Shown: one piece after another, positions 44,636 to 53,249 of the stretch
How positions within the stretch are numbered: position 1 is the first letter of the stretch
Layout: every line of letters starts with the position of its first letter
Assembly: GCA_902614395.1 (NCBI GenBank)
Contig: CACMKW010000001.1
Span: 164,199 to 228,198, forward strand
Length of the DNA: 64,000 nucleotides
Reading direction: 5' to 3'
Source: an uncultured Alphaproteobacteria bacterium
Lineage (GTDB): Bacteria > Pseudomonadota > Alphaproteobacteria > HIMB59 > GCA-002718135
Program-made: the position numbers and the translations under genes
The notes under the pieces: model-generated
The model's database searches: none
What the model was told of the DNA's origin: nothing
The model's input: only the letters and a program-made list of their open reading frames with translations

Positions 44636-45191
44636 ACATTCTGCACTAGAAACAATTTATAAGGTTGGAAAATATTCATCAAGTGAGAAACAATCCCTAA
44701 AATTTAAAGAATTAAAAAGTTTAGAAATTTTGCAAATTGCTTGTTGGCCTGACAAAATTGATGAAATGAATAATTTACTATCAAAAGAACTAAAAATTAA
44801 AAATATTCCTAGTTTTAATAAAGGGATAATTTTTGAAAATAAATCATTATGGAGAATGGAACCTTTGAAATGGTGGCTATTTAATAAAGAAATTGAAATA
44901 AGTGAGCAAATCGCAACAATTTTAGACATGTCTCATGCTTTCACAGGTATTGAAATTACAGGAGATAATTCATCATTATTTTTAAATAGACATCTTCCAA
45001 TTGATTTAAGAGCTAGGAATTTTCCAGATTTATCTTCTGCTAGCACAGCTATTCATCATGTAAGTATTAAGCTATTTAAAATATCTTCCAATAGCTACTG
45101 TCTATATATACCAAGAGGTTTTGCTTTATCAATTTGGGAGATCCTTCTTGAAACAGCGGATCAGTTTGGATACGAAGTATTAGAGAGATAG
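44628..45191 (+). CDS. soxG: Sarcosine oxidase family gamma subunit
   Basis: Start revised to ATG 44628 behind AAGGAG. DMSHA, PIDLR, PRGFALSIWE; follows soxA. Confidence 0.85.
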   Translation: MHRHSALETIYKVGKYSSSEKQSLKFKELKSLEILQIACWPDKIDEMNNLLSKELKIKNIPSFNKGIIFENKSLWRMEPLKWWLFNKEIEISEQIATILDMSHAFTGIEITGDNSSLFLNRHLPIDLRARNFPDLSSASTAIHHVSIKLFKISSNSYCLYIPRGFALSIWEILLETADQFGYEVLER

Positions 45192-45227
45192 ATAGATTAT
45201 CTTAGAGTAACGGAAACTGGTTATAAA

Positions 45228-45247
45228 CTAATTACTAATGTAATTAG
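45228..45247. terminator. Hairpin between convergent soxG and DUF3726 gene
   Basis: CTAATTAC-TAAT-GTAATTAG, a perfect 8-bp stem. No clear U tract. Confidence 0.35.
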
Positions 45248-45265
45248 CGATTTGCATATAGTAAA

Positions 45266-45946
45266 TTAATCATTTGCATCACCACCTCCGGCACCTTTTG
45301 CCCTAGATTCCTCTGACTCAGGAACAAAAGTTCTAAAAGCTATTTTAGATATTTGATCCCAAGATTTTTTATCAGGATTAATACCCTTAGAGAGCATATT
45401 ATTTATATTTGATGATGAAATATTAATATCTAATTTTTGTTCATTAAAAATTTTCTTTGTGAGTAAAAGATCAAAATTTCTTTGATAATTTGTAGAGATA
45501 ATTTCTCTATTAACCCTAATATTTTCATTTGTTATTTGTACATCAATTTTTTGATCTAACAAAAACTGTGAATAGATATTTTTTTTGGCATACTTATAAA
45601 GCAAAGGTATTAGGAATATGGGGTCACTACAATTTTTAAAAGTTAATTTAAAATCATCCCTTTTATCTATTTTTGATACTAAATAATCAATCAATCCCGG
45701 GCCTATCACCAAAAAAGATTTATTTTCACAATCAAACTCATCATTTATTTTTGACGGATCTATACTGGCATTGAAAGTGTTATCTAATTCTTCAATTTTT
45801 AATTTTAATAATTTGATCCCATCCAAACCAAATATTTCAAGCCATGTTGTAATAAATGCAGCATCCTCATCTGATCCATAAGTGAATCCTAATCCTGAAA
45901 AAGCTCGTTGTGTATTAGTGTAGACTTCATAGTAAGAATAACTCAC
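45266..45946 (-). CDS. DUF3726-like protein
   Basis: Start revised to GTG 45946, just downstream of the upstream gene's stop. RAFSGLGFTYG..EDAA..WLE and C-terminal FVPESEESRAKGAGGGDAND. Confidence 0.7.
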   Translation of the reverse strand: MSYSYYEVYTNTQRAFSGLGFTYGSDEDAAFITTWLEIFGLDGIKLLKLKIEELDNTFNASIDPSKINDEFDCENKSFLVIGPGLIDYLVSKIDKRDDFKLTFKNCSDPIFLIPLLYKYAKKNIYSQFLLDQKIDVQITNENIRVNREIISTNYQRNFDLLLTKKIFNEQKLDINISSSNINNMLSKGINPDKKSWDQISKIAFRTFVPESEESRAKGAGGGDAND

Positions 45947-45951
45947 AGATA

Positions 45952-47616
45952 TTAATATGTACTCATTGTTGCAAAACCCCATTCATCAACATTTTTATTA
46001 TTCAGATCTGATAAATAAGGGGCTCCAGAAAAAAAACTTACTCTTAACCATCTATCTGACTTAGGATCATAACGATTAGCTCCAAAAAAAGATAACTTAA
46101 ATCTTAACATATCAATTGGCATTGTTTTTTTATCAAGAACATTATCTTGAACTTCTGAAAAAGGATAATTTTTTAAAGATTGAATTCTCTTAACAATTCC
46201 TCTGTATTCTGGATGCATTAACAAAAATTCACAAATTAATTGATTTTCATCTACACTTTTAATTTGCTTAAATAAATCATTAACCATTTTTGCAATTCCT
46301 AGATTTTGCTCCAATTCACTTCCTTGTTCATTATATCTTTCACCTAATCTAGGTTCTAACTTAGCTGCTGAAACATACCAAAATAAATAATTGCTATCTT
46401 TATTATTAAAATCAATATTTTTTATCCAAGAATATTTATCATTGATTATTTTTTTCAAATCTCCAATAGATTGATTTCCATCAATATCCATTATCTCCTC
46501 ATCTGCCATATCTTCTGCTAACTCTTCAGATATTTGAGGATATAATTCAATTAGTTGCACTCTTGCAATTTCCTTAGTATCATTATTAAAATTTGAATCA
46601 CAATAATCTAAAATATCTAACCATTTAAATTTTTGAGAAAGATCTAGGTCATTAATGTAGGAAATATATTTTTTTAAATCTTCAGTAGTTAATTTATTTT
46701 TATTAATTTGGAATTCATCACTTGTGTTAACTTCTTCAAGATAATTTAGAGCTTTATTCAAAAGGTTTTTATATTTTTCGAAAACTATATTATCTAACTC
46801 AATTTGAGAAATTTCTTCTAATGTCTTTGTGTACTGTTTCATCCACTTATTAATCAACTTTGGATGTTTAATGATAAAAGGTGCCATACCTAAACCTGTT
46901 GAATTACCAATACCTAAATGTTGTTTAATTTTTCTATCTAACTTTACTGCTTTTTTTGGGTTTATTTGCCTAGCAACATGTTCAACTAATTCAATACTGA
47001 ATTCTCTAATTAAATAAACTGATAACATTTCTGCTCTAAAGGGCTGATTGAAAACAGTTGTATTTTTTGTATTAGTAAAATCTGATAATCCAAATTTACC
47101 ACTACCATAAACAGCAGTAGTTCTTAACAAATAGCCAACTTTATTTATTTCGTAAATATCTGGCTGATTACCATTTGAAAGACAATCGACAACATACTGA
47201 AACAATCTTACACTTTTATTTGCTCTGCTAAGAATTAACTCATCTGGAGAATTACGACCTGATTCTTGAAGAGGAATTGTTTTTTTTAATCTATTTAGAT
47301 CTTGATTAGATAATTTACCTACATGTAACGTATAGGCTGTATCCCATTTACTAGCGATAACTCTATCACTTCTATCCTTATCATCTAGAAAAGCAGAGAA
47401 ACATACAAGTGAATAAGTTTGCTTATTAATAATTATTTCATAAACAACGGTGCCGAAACCATGTTTATCTAAATCAAATTTCGACTTATATATTTTCCAG
47501 TTATCATTGATCAATCTTCTTAACATACTTCTAGAAAAACTAAGCCGAGAAGGATAGTGTGAACCCATTCTTGATAGTTTCATGTAGTTATCGTTTTCTC
47601 TTACTTTTTGTAACAT
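45952..47616 (-). CDS. Conserved hypothetical protein (554 aa)
   Basis: Long ORF with conserved-looking blocks RSDRVIA..WD, LSRANKSVRLF, GYLLRTTAVYGSGKFG, GIGNSTGLGMAPF, EPRLGER, DPKSDRW. No function recognised. Confidence 0.8.
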   Translation of the reverse strand: MLQKVRENDNYMKLSRMGSHYPSRLSFSRSMLRRLINDNWKIYKSKFDLDKHGFGTVVYEIIINKQTYSLVCFSAFLDDKDRSDRVIASKWDTAYTLHVGKLSNQDLNRLKKTIPLQESGRNSPDELILSRANKSVRLFQYVVDCLSNGNQPDIYEINKVGYLLRTTAVYGSGKFGLSDFTNTKNTTVFNQPFRAEMLSVYLIREFSIELVEHVARQINPKKAVKLDRKIKQHLGIGNSTGLGMAPFIIKHPKLINKWMKQYTKTLEEISQIELDNIVFEKYKNLLNKALNYLEEVNTSDEFQINKNKLTTEDLKKYISYINDLDLSQKFKWLDILDYCDSNFNNDTKEIARVQLIELYPQISEELAEDMADEEIMDIDGNQSIGDLKKIINDKYSWIKNIDFNNKDSNYLFWYVSAAKLEPRLGERYNEQGSELEQNLGIAKMVNDLFKQIKSVDENQLICEFLLMHPEYRGIVKRIQSLKNYPFSEVQDNVLDKKTMPIDMLRFKLSFFGANRYDPKSDRWLRVSFFSGAPYLSDLNNKNVDEWGFATMSTY

Positions 47617-47670
47617 TTATTAAATATCTATAGTTAATTTTGGTTTTTTCATTAATAGAAGTATTAATCT

Positions 47671-48657
47671 ATGTCAAAAATAAGTGAAGATATACTTCTA
47701 ATTGATGGATTGGAGTATTGTAACTGGAATAGGGAATTATTTGAAAATGCCCACCAAGCTGGATTAAATGCAATTCATGCGACATTAGTGTATTGGGAAA
47801 ATACTGAAGAGTCTTTTGAAAAAATAAATTATTGGCACCGTCTTTTTAAAGAGCATCATGATATTATTGCTCATGCAAAAACTACCGAAGATATTTTGGA
47901 TGCTAAAAAAAATAATAAAGTTGCAATTATTTTTGGTTTTCAAAATTCTGCTCCTATTGCGAATGATATATTTTTAATTGAAAAATTTTTTGAAGTAGGT
48001 GTGAGATTTATGCAACTCACCTATAATAATCAAACCCCACTTGCTGGAGGATGTTTTGAACCTAAAGACTCAGGTGTTTCACGATTTGGAAAAGCTGTTA
48101 TTGAAGAAATGAATAGACTTGGCATGATTGTAGATTTAAGTCATGCAGGAAAGCAAACTTGTCTTGATGCTATTGAATTCTCAAATAAACCTGTGGCAAT
48201 TTCTCATGCTAACCCAAATTTCTTTCATAAATCTAAAAGAAACATTGATACTGATATTTTACAAAAACTTGTTAAAAAAAATGGTTTTATTGGGTTAAGT
48301 TTGTATCCTTACCATCTTAAAAATTTAGGTGATTGTACTATAGAAGATTTTTGTAAAATGATTAAGGAGCTAGTAAACCTAATTGGTGAAGACAATATTG
48401 GAATAGGTTCTGATCTTTGTTTAAATTGGCCTGATGATGTAGTTATGTGGATGAGAAATGGAAAGTGGACCAAAAATATTGACTATGGAGAATCTAAAGA
48501 TAAAAATCCAAAATGGCCTAAGTTACCAAGTTGGTATAAGCAACCAAGCGACTTAAATAATTTATTTTATTTAATGTGTGAAAATAATATTCCAGAAAAA
48601 GTTTCTACAAAAATAATAGGTCAGAATTGGTTTAACTTCATGAAAAATCAATTTTAG
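47671..48657 (+). CDS. Membrane (renal) dipeptidase family M19 amidohydrolase
   Basis: IDGLEY, GFQN, MQLTYN, DLSHAG, SHAN, KRN, IGIGSD. Confidence 0.85.
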   Translation: MSKISEDILLIDGLEYCNWNRELFENAHQAGLNAIHATLVYWENTEESFEKINYWHRLFKEHHDIIAHAKTTEDILDAKKNNKVAIIFGFQNSAPIANDIFLIEKFFEVGVRFMQLTYNNQTPLAGGCFEPKDSGVSRFGKAVIEEMNRLGMIVDLSHAGKQTCLDAIEFSNKPVAISHANPNFFHKSKRNIDTDILQKLVKKNGFIGLSLYPYHLKNLGDCTIEDFCKMIKELVNLIGEDNIGIGSDLCLNWPDDVVMWMRNGKWTKNIDYGESKDKNPKWPKLPSWYKQPSDLNNLFYLMCENNIPEKVSTKIIGQNWFNFMKNQF

Positions 48658-49517
48658 TTTCTACGACTAATAAAAGAAGCTGATAGCAAACTTATTATTA
48701 CAATCGAAGCACCAATCATTTGATAAGTTTCTAAATTTTCTTTTAATAAAAAAACAGCTCCAAGAACACCTACCACTGGTTCTAAATATAAAAATAAAGC
48801 AGTATATGATTGTCCAATCTTTGGGATAGCAATTAATTGTGATAAAAGTGCAAAGCTATAACATACCGAAGGAATTAAAATTAAAAGATAAATATTGATA
48901 TCAAAATTAAAATTTAAAGAAAAAAATATTTTTAATATTACAAAGAAGAAAAAAGTATTAAAAACATTTATAAAGATATTAATTGGTATTGGTGAAATAC
49001 CTTTAATAGACATTTTTTGATTTACTATAATCATACTAGTTGATCCCAGTGATGCAAGAAAAGCTAAAAGAATACCTACTATATTTATGACTTTAAAAGA
49101 TGGTCCTATAACTAAAACAATTCCTAAAAATGTAACAAAAAAGAGAAACTTTACAGTTAATGAAATTTTTTCTTTATCGACGATAATAGAAAATAAAAGA
49201 ACATATATTGGATAGAGGCAAAAAATAAGAATTGTTAAACTAACTTCAATAAATATAACTGAAGTCAATAATCCAAGCGTTAATAATATAGAACCCGCTG
49301 ATATAGATAAAAAGTATATTAGGTTTTTTTTAAAAATTTCTAATAGATTTTTTTGATAAGGGATAAAAGGTAATATAATGATTGAGGCAACTGCGTAACG
49401 TAAAAAAATGGTTAATGCCACAGAAGCACCTGAATTATATGCTATTTTTGTAGTAGGGCCAATTAAGCCAAACAAAATCCCAGCAACTAAAGCAAAAATA
49501 ACTCCAAATATGAACAT
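48654..49517 (-). CDS. DMT/EamA family transporter
   Basis: About 10 hydrophobic segments in two repeats; FLRY, LEPVVG..LLKE. Confidence 0.85.
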   Translation of the reverse strand: MFIFGVIFALVAGILFGLIGPTTKIAYNSGASVALTIFLRYAVASIIILPFIPYQKNLLEIFKKNLIYFLSISAGSILLTLGLLTSVIFIEVSLTILIFCLYPIYVLLFSIIVDKEKISLTVKFLFFVTFLGIVLVIGPSFKVINIVGILLAFLASLGSTSMIIVNQKMSIKGISPIPINIFINVFNTFFFFVILKIFFSLNFNFDINIYLLILIPSVCYSFALLSQLIAIPKIGQSYTALFLYLEPVVGVLGAVFLLKENLETYQMIGASIVIISLLSASFISRRN

Positions 49518-49532
49518 TTTTTAAATTAACTT

Positions 49533-49561
49533 TTGACTATTTGTTTTCATGCAGTTATTCA
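49533..49561 (+). promoter_or_regulatory. Putative sigma70 promoter for ABC importer
   Basis: TTGACT(49533-49538)-N17-TATTCA(49556-49561), 21 nt before the ATG at 49583. Confidence 0.45.
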
Positions 49562-49582
49562 AGCTTCATTACAAAATATATT

Positions 49583-50671
49583 ATGAATGACACATCTCAA
49601 AGTTTCGTTAAATTTGAAAAGATCGATAAAAGTTATGATGGAGAAGTGCTAGTAGTAAAAAACTTAAACCTGGATATTGCTAAGGGTGAGTTTGTAACAA
49701 TGTTGGGTCCATCAGGATCAGGTAAAACAACAACTTTGATGATGTTAGCTGGTTTTGAAACACCTACAAACGGTGAAATATTTTTAGATACCAAACCAAT
49801 AAGTAAAATACCGCCCTATGAAAGAGAAATTGGAATGGTTTTTCAAAATTATGCTCTATTTCCTCATATGACAGTTGAAGAAAATTTATCTTTTCCTTTA
49901 GAAGTGAGAAAAATTTCAAAACCTGAAACAAAAGAAAAAGTCCAAAAAGCATTAGACATGGTTGAACTAGGGAATTTTGGTACAAGATTTCCAGCTCAAT
50001 TATCTGGAGGTCAGCAGCAAAGAGTAGCTTTAGCAAGAGCATTAGTATTTGAACCTCGACTAGTTTTAATGGATGAACCACTTGGAGCTTTAGATAAAAA
50101 TTTGCGTGAACAAATGCAATATGAAATAAAACACATTCACGATAGAATTGGAATTACAGTTGTATATGTTACACACGATCAAAGTGAGGCATTGACTATG
50201 TCTAACAGAATAGCAGTTTTTAATGATGGAGTAGTTCAACAATTATCGACACCAGATATTTTATATGAAAAACCTGAAAATTCATTTGTTGCTAAATTTA
50301 TTGGAGAAAATAATACTCTTAATGGAATGGTTACAGATATAAATGGAGAGACATGTACAGTTGAACTTGATAATGGATTTGGAAAAGTAAAAGCATTAAA
50401 AATTAATGTAAACGAAAAAGGTGATAAAACTCAGCTTTCAATAAGACCAGAGAGAGTTACTATTGATAGCACAAACCCAGAAGCAAATAATTTTGAAGGC
50501 AAGATATTAGAATTAATTTATTTAGGTGACCATATCAGAGCAAGATTGAACGTTTGTGGCAATAATGAATTCATTGTAAAAGTGCCCAATGAGGGAAGTT
50601 TTAGTCACAAAGAAGGAGACTTACTAAATTTAAGCTGGAATCCTGATGATGTTCGAGCTTTAGATATTTAA
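49583..50671 (+). CDS. potA: ABC transporter ATPase, PotA family
   Basis: Start revised to ATG 49583. GPSGSGKTT, FQNYALFPHM, LSGGQQQRVALAR, TOBE-like C-terminus. Confidence 0.88.
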   Translation: MNDTSQSFVKFEKIDKSYDGEVLVVKNLNLDIAKGEFVTMLGPSGSGKTTTLMMLAGFETPTNGEIFLDTKPISKIPPYEREIGMVFQNYALFPHMTVEENLSFPLEVRKISKPETKEKVQKALDMVELGNFGTRFPAQLSGGQQQRVALARALVFEPRLVLMDEPLGALDKNLREQMQYEIKHIHDRIGITVVYVTHDQSEALTMSNRIAVFNDGVVQQLSTPDILYEKPENSFVAKFIGENNTLNGMVTDINGETCTVELDNGFGKVKALKINVNEKGDKTQLSIRPERVTIDSTNPEANNFEGKILELIYLGDHIRARLNVCGNNEFIVKVPNEGSFSHKEGDLLNLSWNPDDVRALDI

Positions 50672-50801
50672 ATTTTAAATTATCCATACATACAGCCATT
50701 TTTTTTTGTTTTTAGTACTTTTTTTTAATTACTCTACATGTTATTAAACCATCATTACAGACATAATCTTAAGATTAATTAATTAAAATAGGAGGATATA
50801 C

Positions 50802-51905
50802 ATGTCTAAATTTACAAAAGCCTTCTTATTCGCATCTATCATTTTTGCGCCATTTGTAGCTAATGCTGTAACTGTTGCTTCATGGGGTGGTGCTTATACA
50901 GAAAGTCAAAAGAAAGCATATGCTGACACTTATTCTGACCCAAGTTCAATTATTTTTGAAAACTATAACGGTGGTTTAGGTGAAACAAGAGCTCAAGTTG
51001 AAAGTGGAAACGTGACTTGGGACTTAGTTGATGTACTACCAGCTGATGCTATTACTGGTTGTGATGAAGGATTATTTGAAGATATTTCAGATGAAATCGC
51101 ATCAATGGGTGTACCAGGACCTAATGGAGAATCAATTGCAGAAGATATGGAAAATAATGGATTAAATTACCATTCGGGTTGGGACTGTTGTGTACCACAA
51201 ATTTTCTGGACTTATGTTGTATTCTACGACCCAGACGCTTTCCCAGGTGAAAAACCTGATAGTATGGCTGACTTTTTTGATGTGGAAAAATTTCCAGGCA
51301 AAAGAGGTATCCACACTTGGGCTGATGGAATTATTCAGAAAGCTTTAGTTGCAGATGGAGTTGAACCAAATGCAGTACCAACGGTTTTTGCAAATCAAAC
51401 TGGTGCAATTGATAGAGCTTTTGAAGTAATGGATAAAATTAAAGATCATGTAGTATTTTGGTCTGCAGGCTCACAACCACTTGAATTAGTAAAAAGTGGT
51501 GAAGTTATAATGGCTGTTGCTTATAATGGTCGTGTTGGTGCAGCTAACCTTGCTGAAGGAGAAAACTTTGAATATATTTGGGAAGGTCAAGTATTAGACC
51601 AAGAGTATTTATGTTTAACAACTGGAGCTCCTAACAGAGATGCTGCTATTGATTTCATGATGCACGCTTCAAGCCCTGAGTCACAAGCTGAACAGGCAAA
51701 ATATATTACTTATGGACCAATGAGAGCTTCAGGTATACCTATAATTGAAGCAAACGAACCTTGGGGTCCTGGAGGAGTAGATATTATGCCTCACATGCCT
51801 AACACTCCTGAGCGTTTAAAAGTTTCTATCGTTAATGATCCACAATGGTGGTCAGATAATGGTGCAGAAATTAGTGAACGTTACTCAGCGTGGATGGGTA
51901 ACTAA
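50802..51905 (+). CDS. ABC transporter substrate-binding protein, PotD-like
   Basis: Signal peptide ending ANA; SWGGAY, GCDEG, FPGKRG, NGR. Strong AGGAGG SD. Confidence 0.88.
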   Translation: MSKFTKAFLFASIIFAPFVANAVTVASWGGAYTESQKKAYADTYSDPSSIIFENYNGGLGETRAQVESGNVTWDLVDVLPADAITGCDEGLFEDISDEIASMGVPGPNGESIAEDMENNGLNYHSGWDCCVPQIFWTYVVFYDPDAFPGEKPDSMADFFDVEKFPGKRGIHTWADGIIQKALVADGVEPNAVPTVFANQTGAIDRAFEVMDKIKDHVVFWSAGSQPLELVKSGEVIMAVAYNGRVGAANLAEGENFEYIWEGQVLDQEYLCLTTGAPNRDAAIDFMMHASSPESQAEQAKYITYGPMRASGIPIIEANEPWGPGGVDIMPHMPNTPERLKVSIVNDPQWWSDNGAEISERYSAWMGN

Positions 51906-51935
51906 GGTTGATAATTTAAATTTACTATTTTAAAG

Positions 51936-51970
51936 TAAAGGCGAGATTTTTCTCGCCTTTATTTATTTTT
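51936..51970 (+). terminator. Intra-operon hairpin/intrinsic terminator after SBP gene
   Basis: TAAAGGCGAGA-TTTT-TCTCGCCTTTA (11-bp stem) followed by TTTATTTTT. Confidence 0.85.
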
Positions 51971-51980
51971 GGAGGATTGT

Positions 51981-53246
51981 ATTTCTACTTCTGCATTACT
52001 TACAACGGACGGAGTTCCTTTAAAGCAAAGTTTAAAAAAAGCTGAGCGTAAAAATAAATTAAGAGCTTTCTTATTAGTTTTTCCACTATTACTTTTTATA
52101 ATCGTTACGTTTGTTATGCCAATTGGCGATATGCTTTTTAGAAGTGTTGATGATAGTCAAATCAATGGAGTATTTTCAAATACTTTTAATGAATATAAAA
52201 AATGGGATAAAGAAAAAGACGTACTTCCACCAGAAGAAGTTTATAAAGCTCTTTTTGAAGAACTTGCTTATGGGGAGAAAATACAAATTGGAAGAGCTTT
52301 AACTAGAATGAATTATTCAAAATCAGGTTGGAAAAGTCTGATTAAGACAACTTCTAGAGAAATTAAAAAAGCTGTAAAAAAAGATGAACTTCCAAATAAT
52401 TATAAAGAATTTTTAATAAGTGCTAATGATAAATGGGCTGACCCAACTTTTTGGTATGCAATGGGGCAAATGGTGAACAATACTACACCTATTTATTATT
52501 GGAACGCTCTTGATAGAACTTATGACCAAGATCAAAATGTTGTCATGCAAGATGAAAAAAGACGAATTTATATAAAAACTTGGATTAAGACCTTAAAAAT
52601 AAGTGTTTATGTTACAATTTTTTGTTTAATTCTTGGTTTTCCCGTAGCTCACCTTCTTGCAAATTTACCATTAAGATACAGTAATCTTCTTATGATTTTT
52701 GTTTTACTACCATTTTGGACATCACTTTTAGTACGAACTACTGCTTGGATTGTAATGCTTCAACAAAATGGAGTAATAAATGGAATATTGGTATGGTTAG
52801 GTATTTTGAGTGATGATGGTCGATTACAATTAGTTTATAATGAAACAGGAACTTTAATTGCTATGACACAAATATTGTTACCATTTATGATACTTCCTTT
52901 GTATAGTGTGATGAGGGTTATCCCAAAAAGTCATATGAGAGCAGCACAAAACTTAGGAGCTAAACCTGCCACTGCTTTTTGGAGAGTATATTTACCGCAA
53001 ACTATACCTGGCATGAGTGCAGGCGGACTACTAGTTTTTGTTTTAGCAATTGGATATTTTATTACTCCTGAATTAGTAGGAGGTAAAGATGGAAAATTGA
53101 TTGGTCATTGGATTGCTTATCATCTTAAAACAACATTAAACTGGGGCTTATGTGCCGCTTTAGGTGCAATTCTTCTTGGTGTAATGCTAATATTTTATTG
53201 GCTGTATAATAAAATAGTTGGCATAGACAATATTAAGTTAGGATAA
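51981..53246 (+). CDS. ABC transporter permease, PotB-like
   Basis: LLPFWTSLLVR, LPFMILPLY, EAA loop AAQNLGA. Start is either TTG 51969 or ATT 51981 (behind GGAGG). Confidence 0.88.
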   Translation: MSTSALLTTDGVPLKQSLKKAERKNKLRAFLLVFPLLLFIIVTFVMPIGDMLFRSVDDSQINGVFSNTFNEYKKWDKEKDVLPPEEVYKALFEELAYGEKIQIGRALTRMNYSKSGWKSLIKTTSREIKKAVKKDELPNNYKEFLISANDKWADPTFWYAMGQMVNNTTPIYYWNALDRTYDQDQNVVMQDEKRRIYIKTWIKTLKISVYVTIFCLILGFPVAHLLANLPLRYSNLLMIFVLLPFWTSLLVRTTAWIVMLQQNGVINGILVWLGILSDDGRLQLVYNETGTLIAMTQILLPFMILPLYSVMRVIPKSHMRAAQNLGAKPATAFWRVYLPQTIPGMSAGGLLVFVLAIGYFITPELVGGKDGKLIGHWIAYHLKTTLNWGLCAALGAILLGVMLIFYWLYNKIVGIDNIKLG

Positions 53247-53249
53247 TTT

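Noticed and set aside
45192-45265. Possible riboswitch or sRNA in the soxG-DUF3726 gap
   Set aside because: It lies at the 3' ends of both genes. I recognised no SAM-II/V, glycine or guanidine riboswitch consensus, only one AT-rich hairpin.
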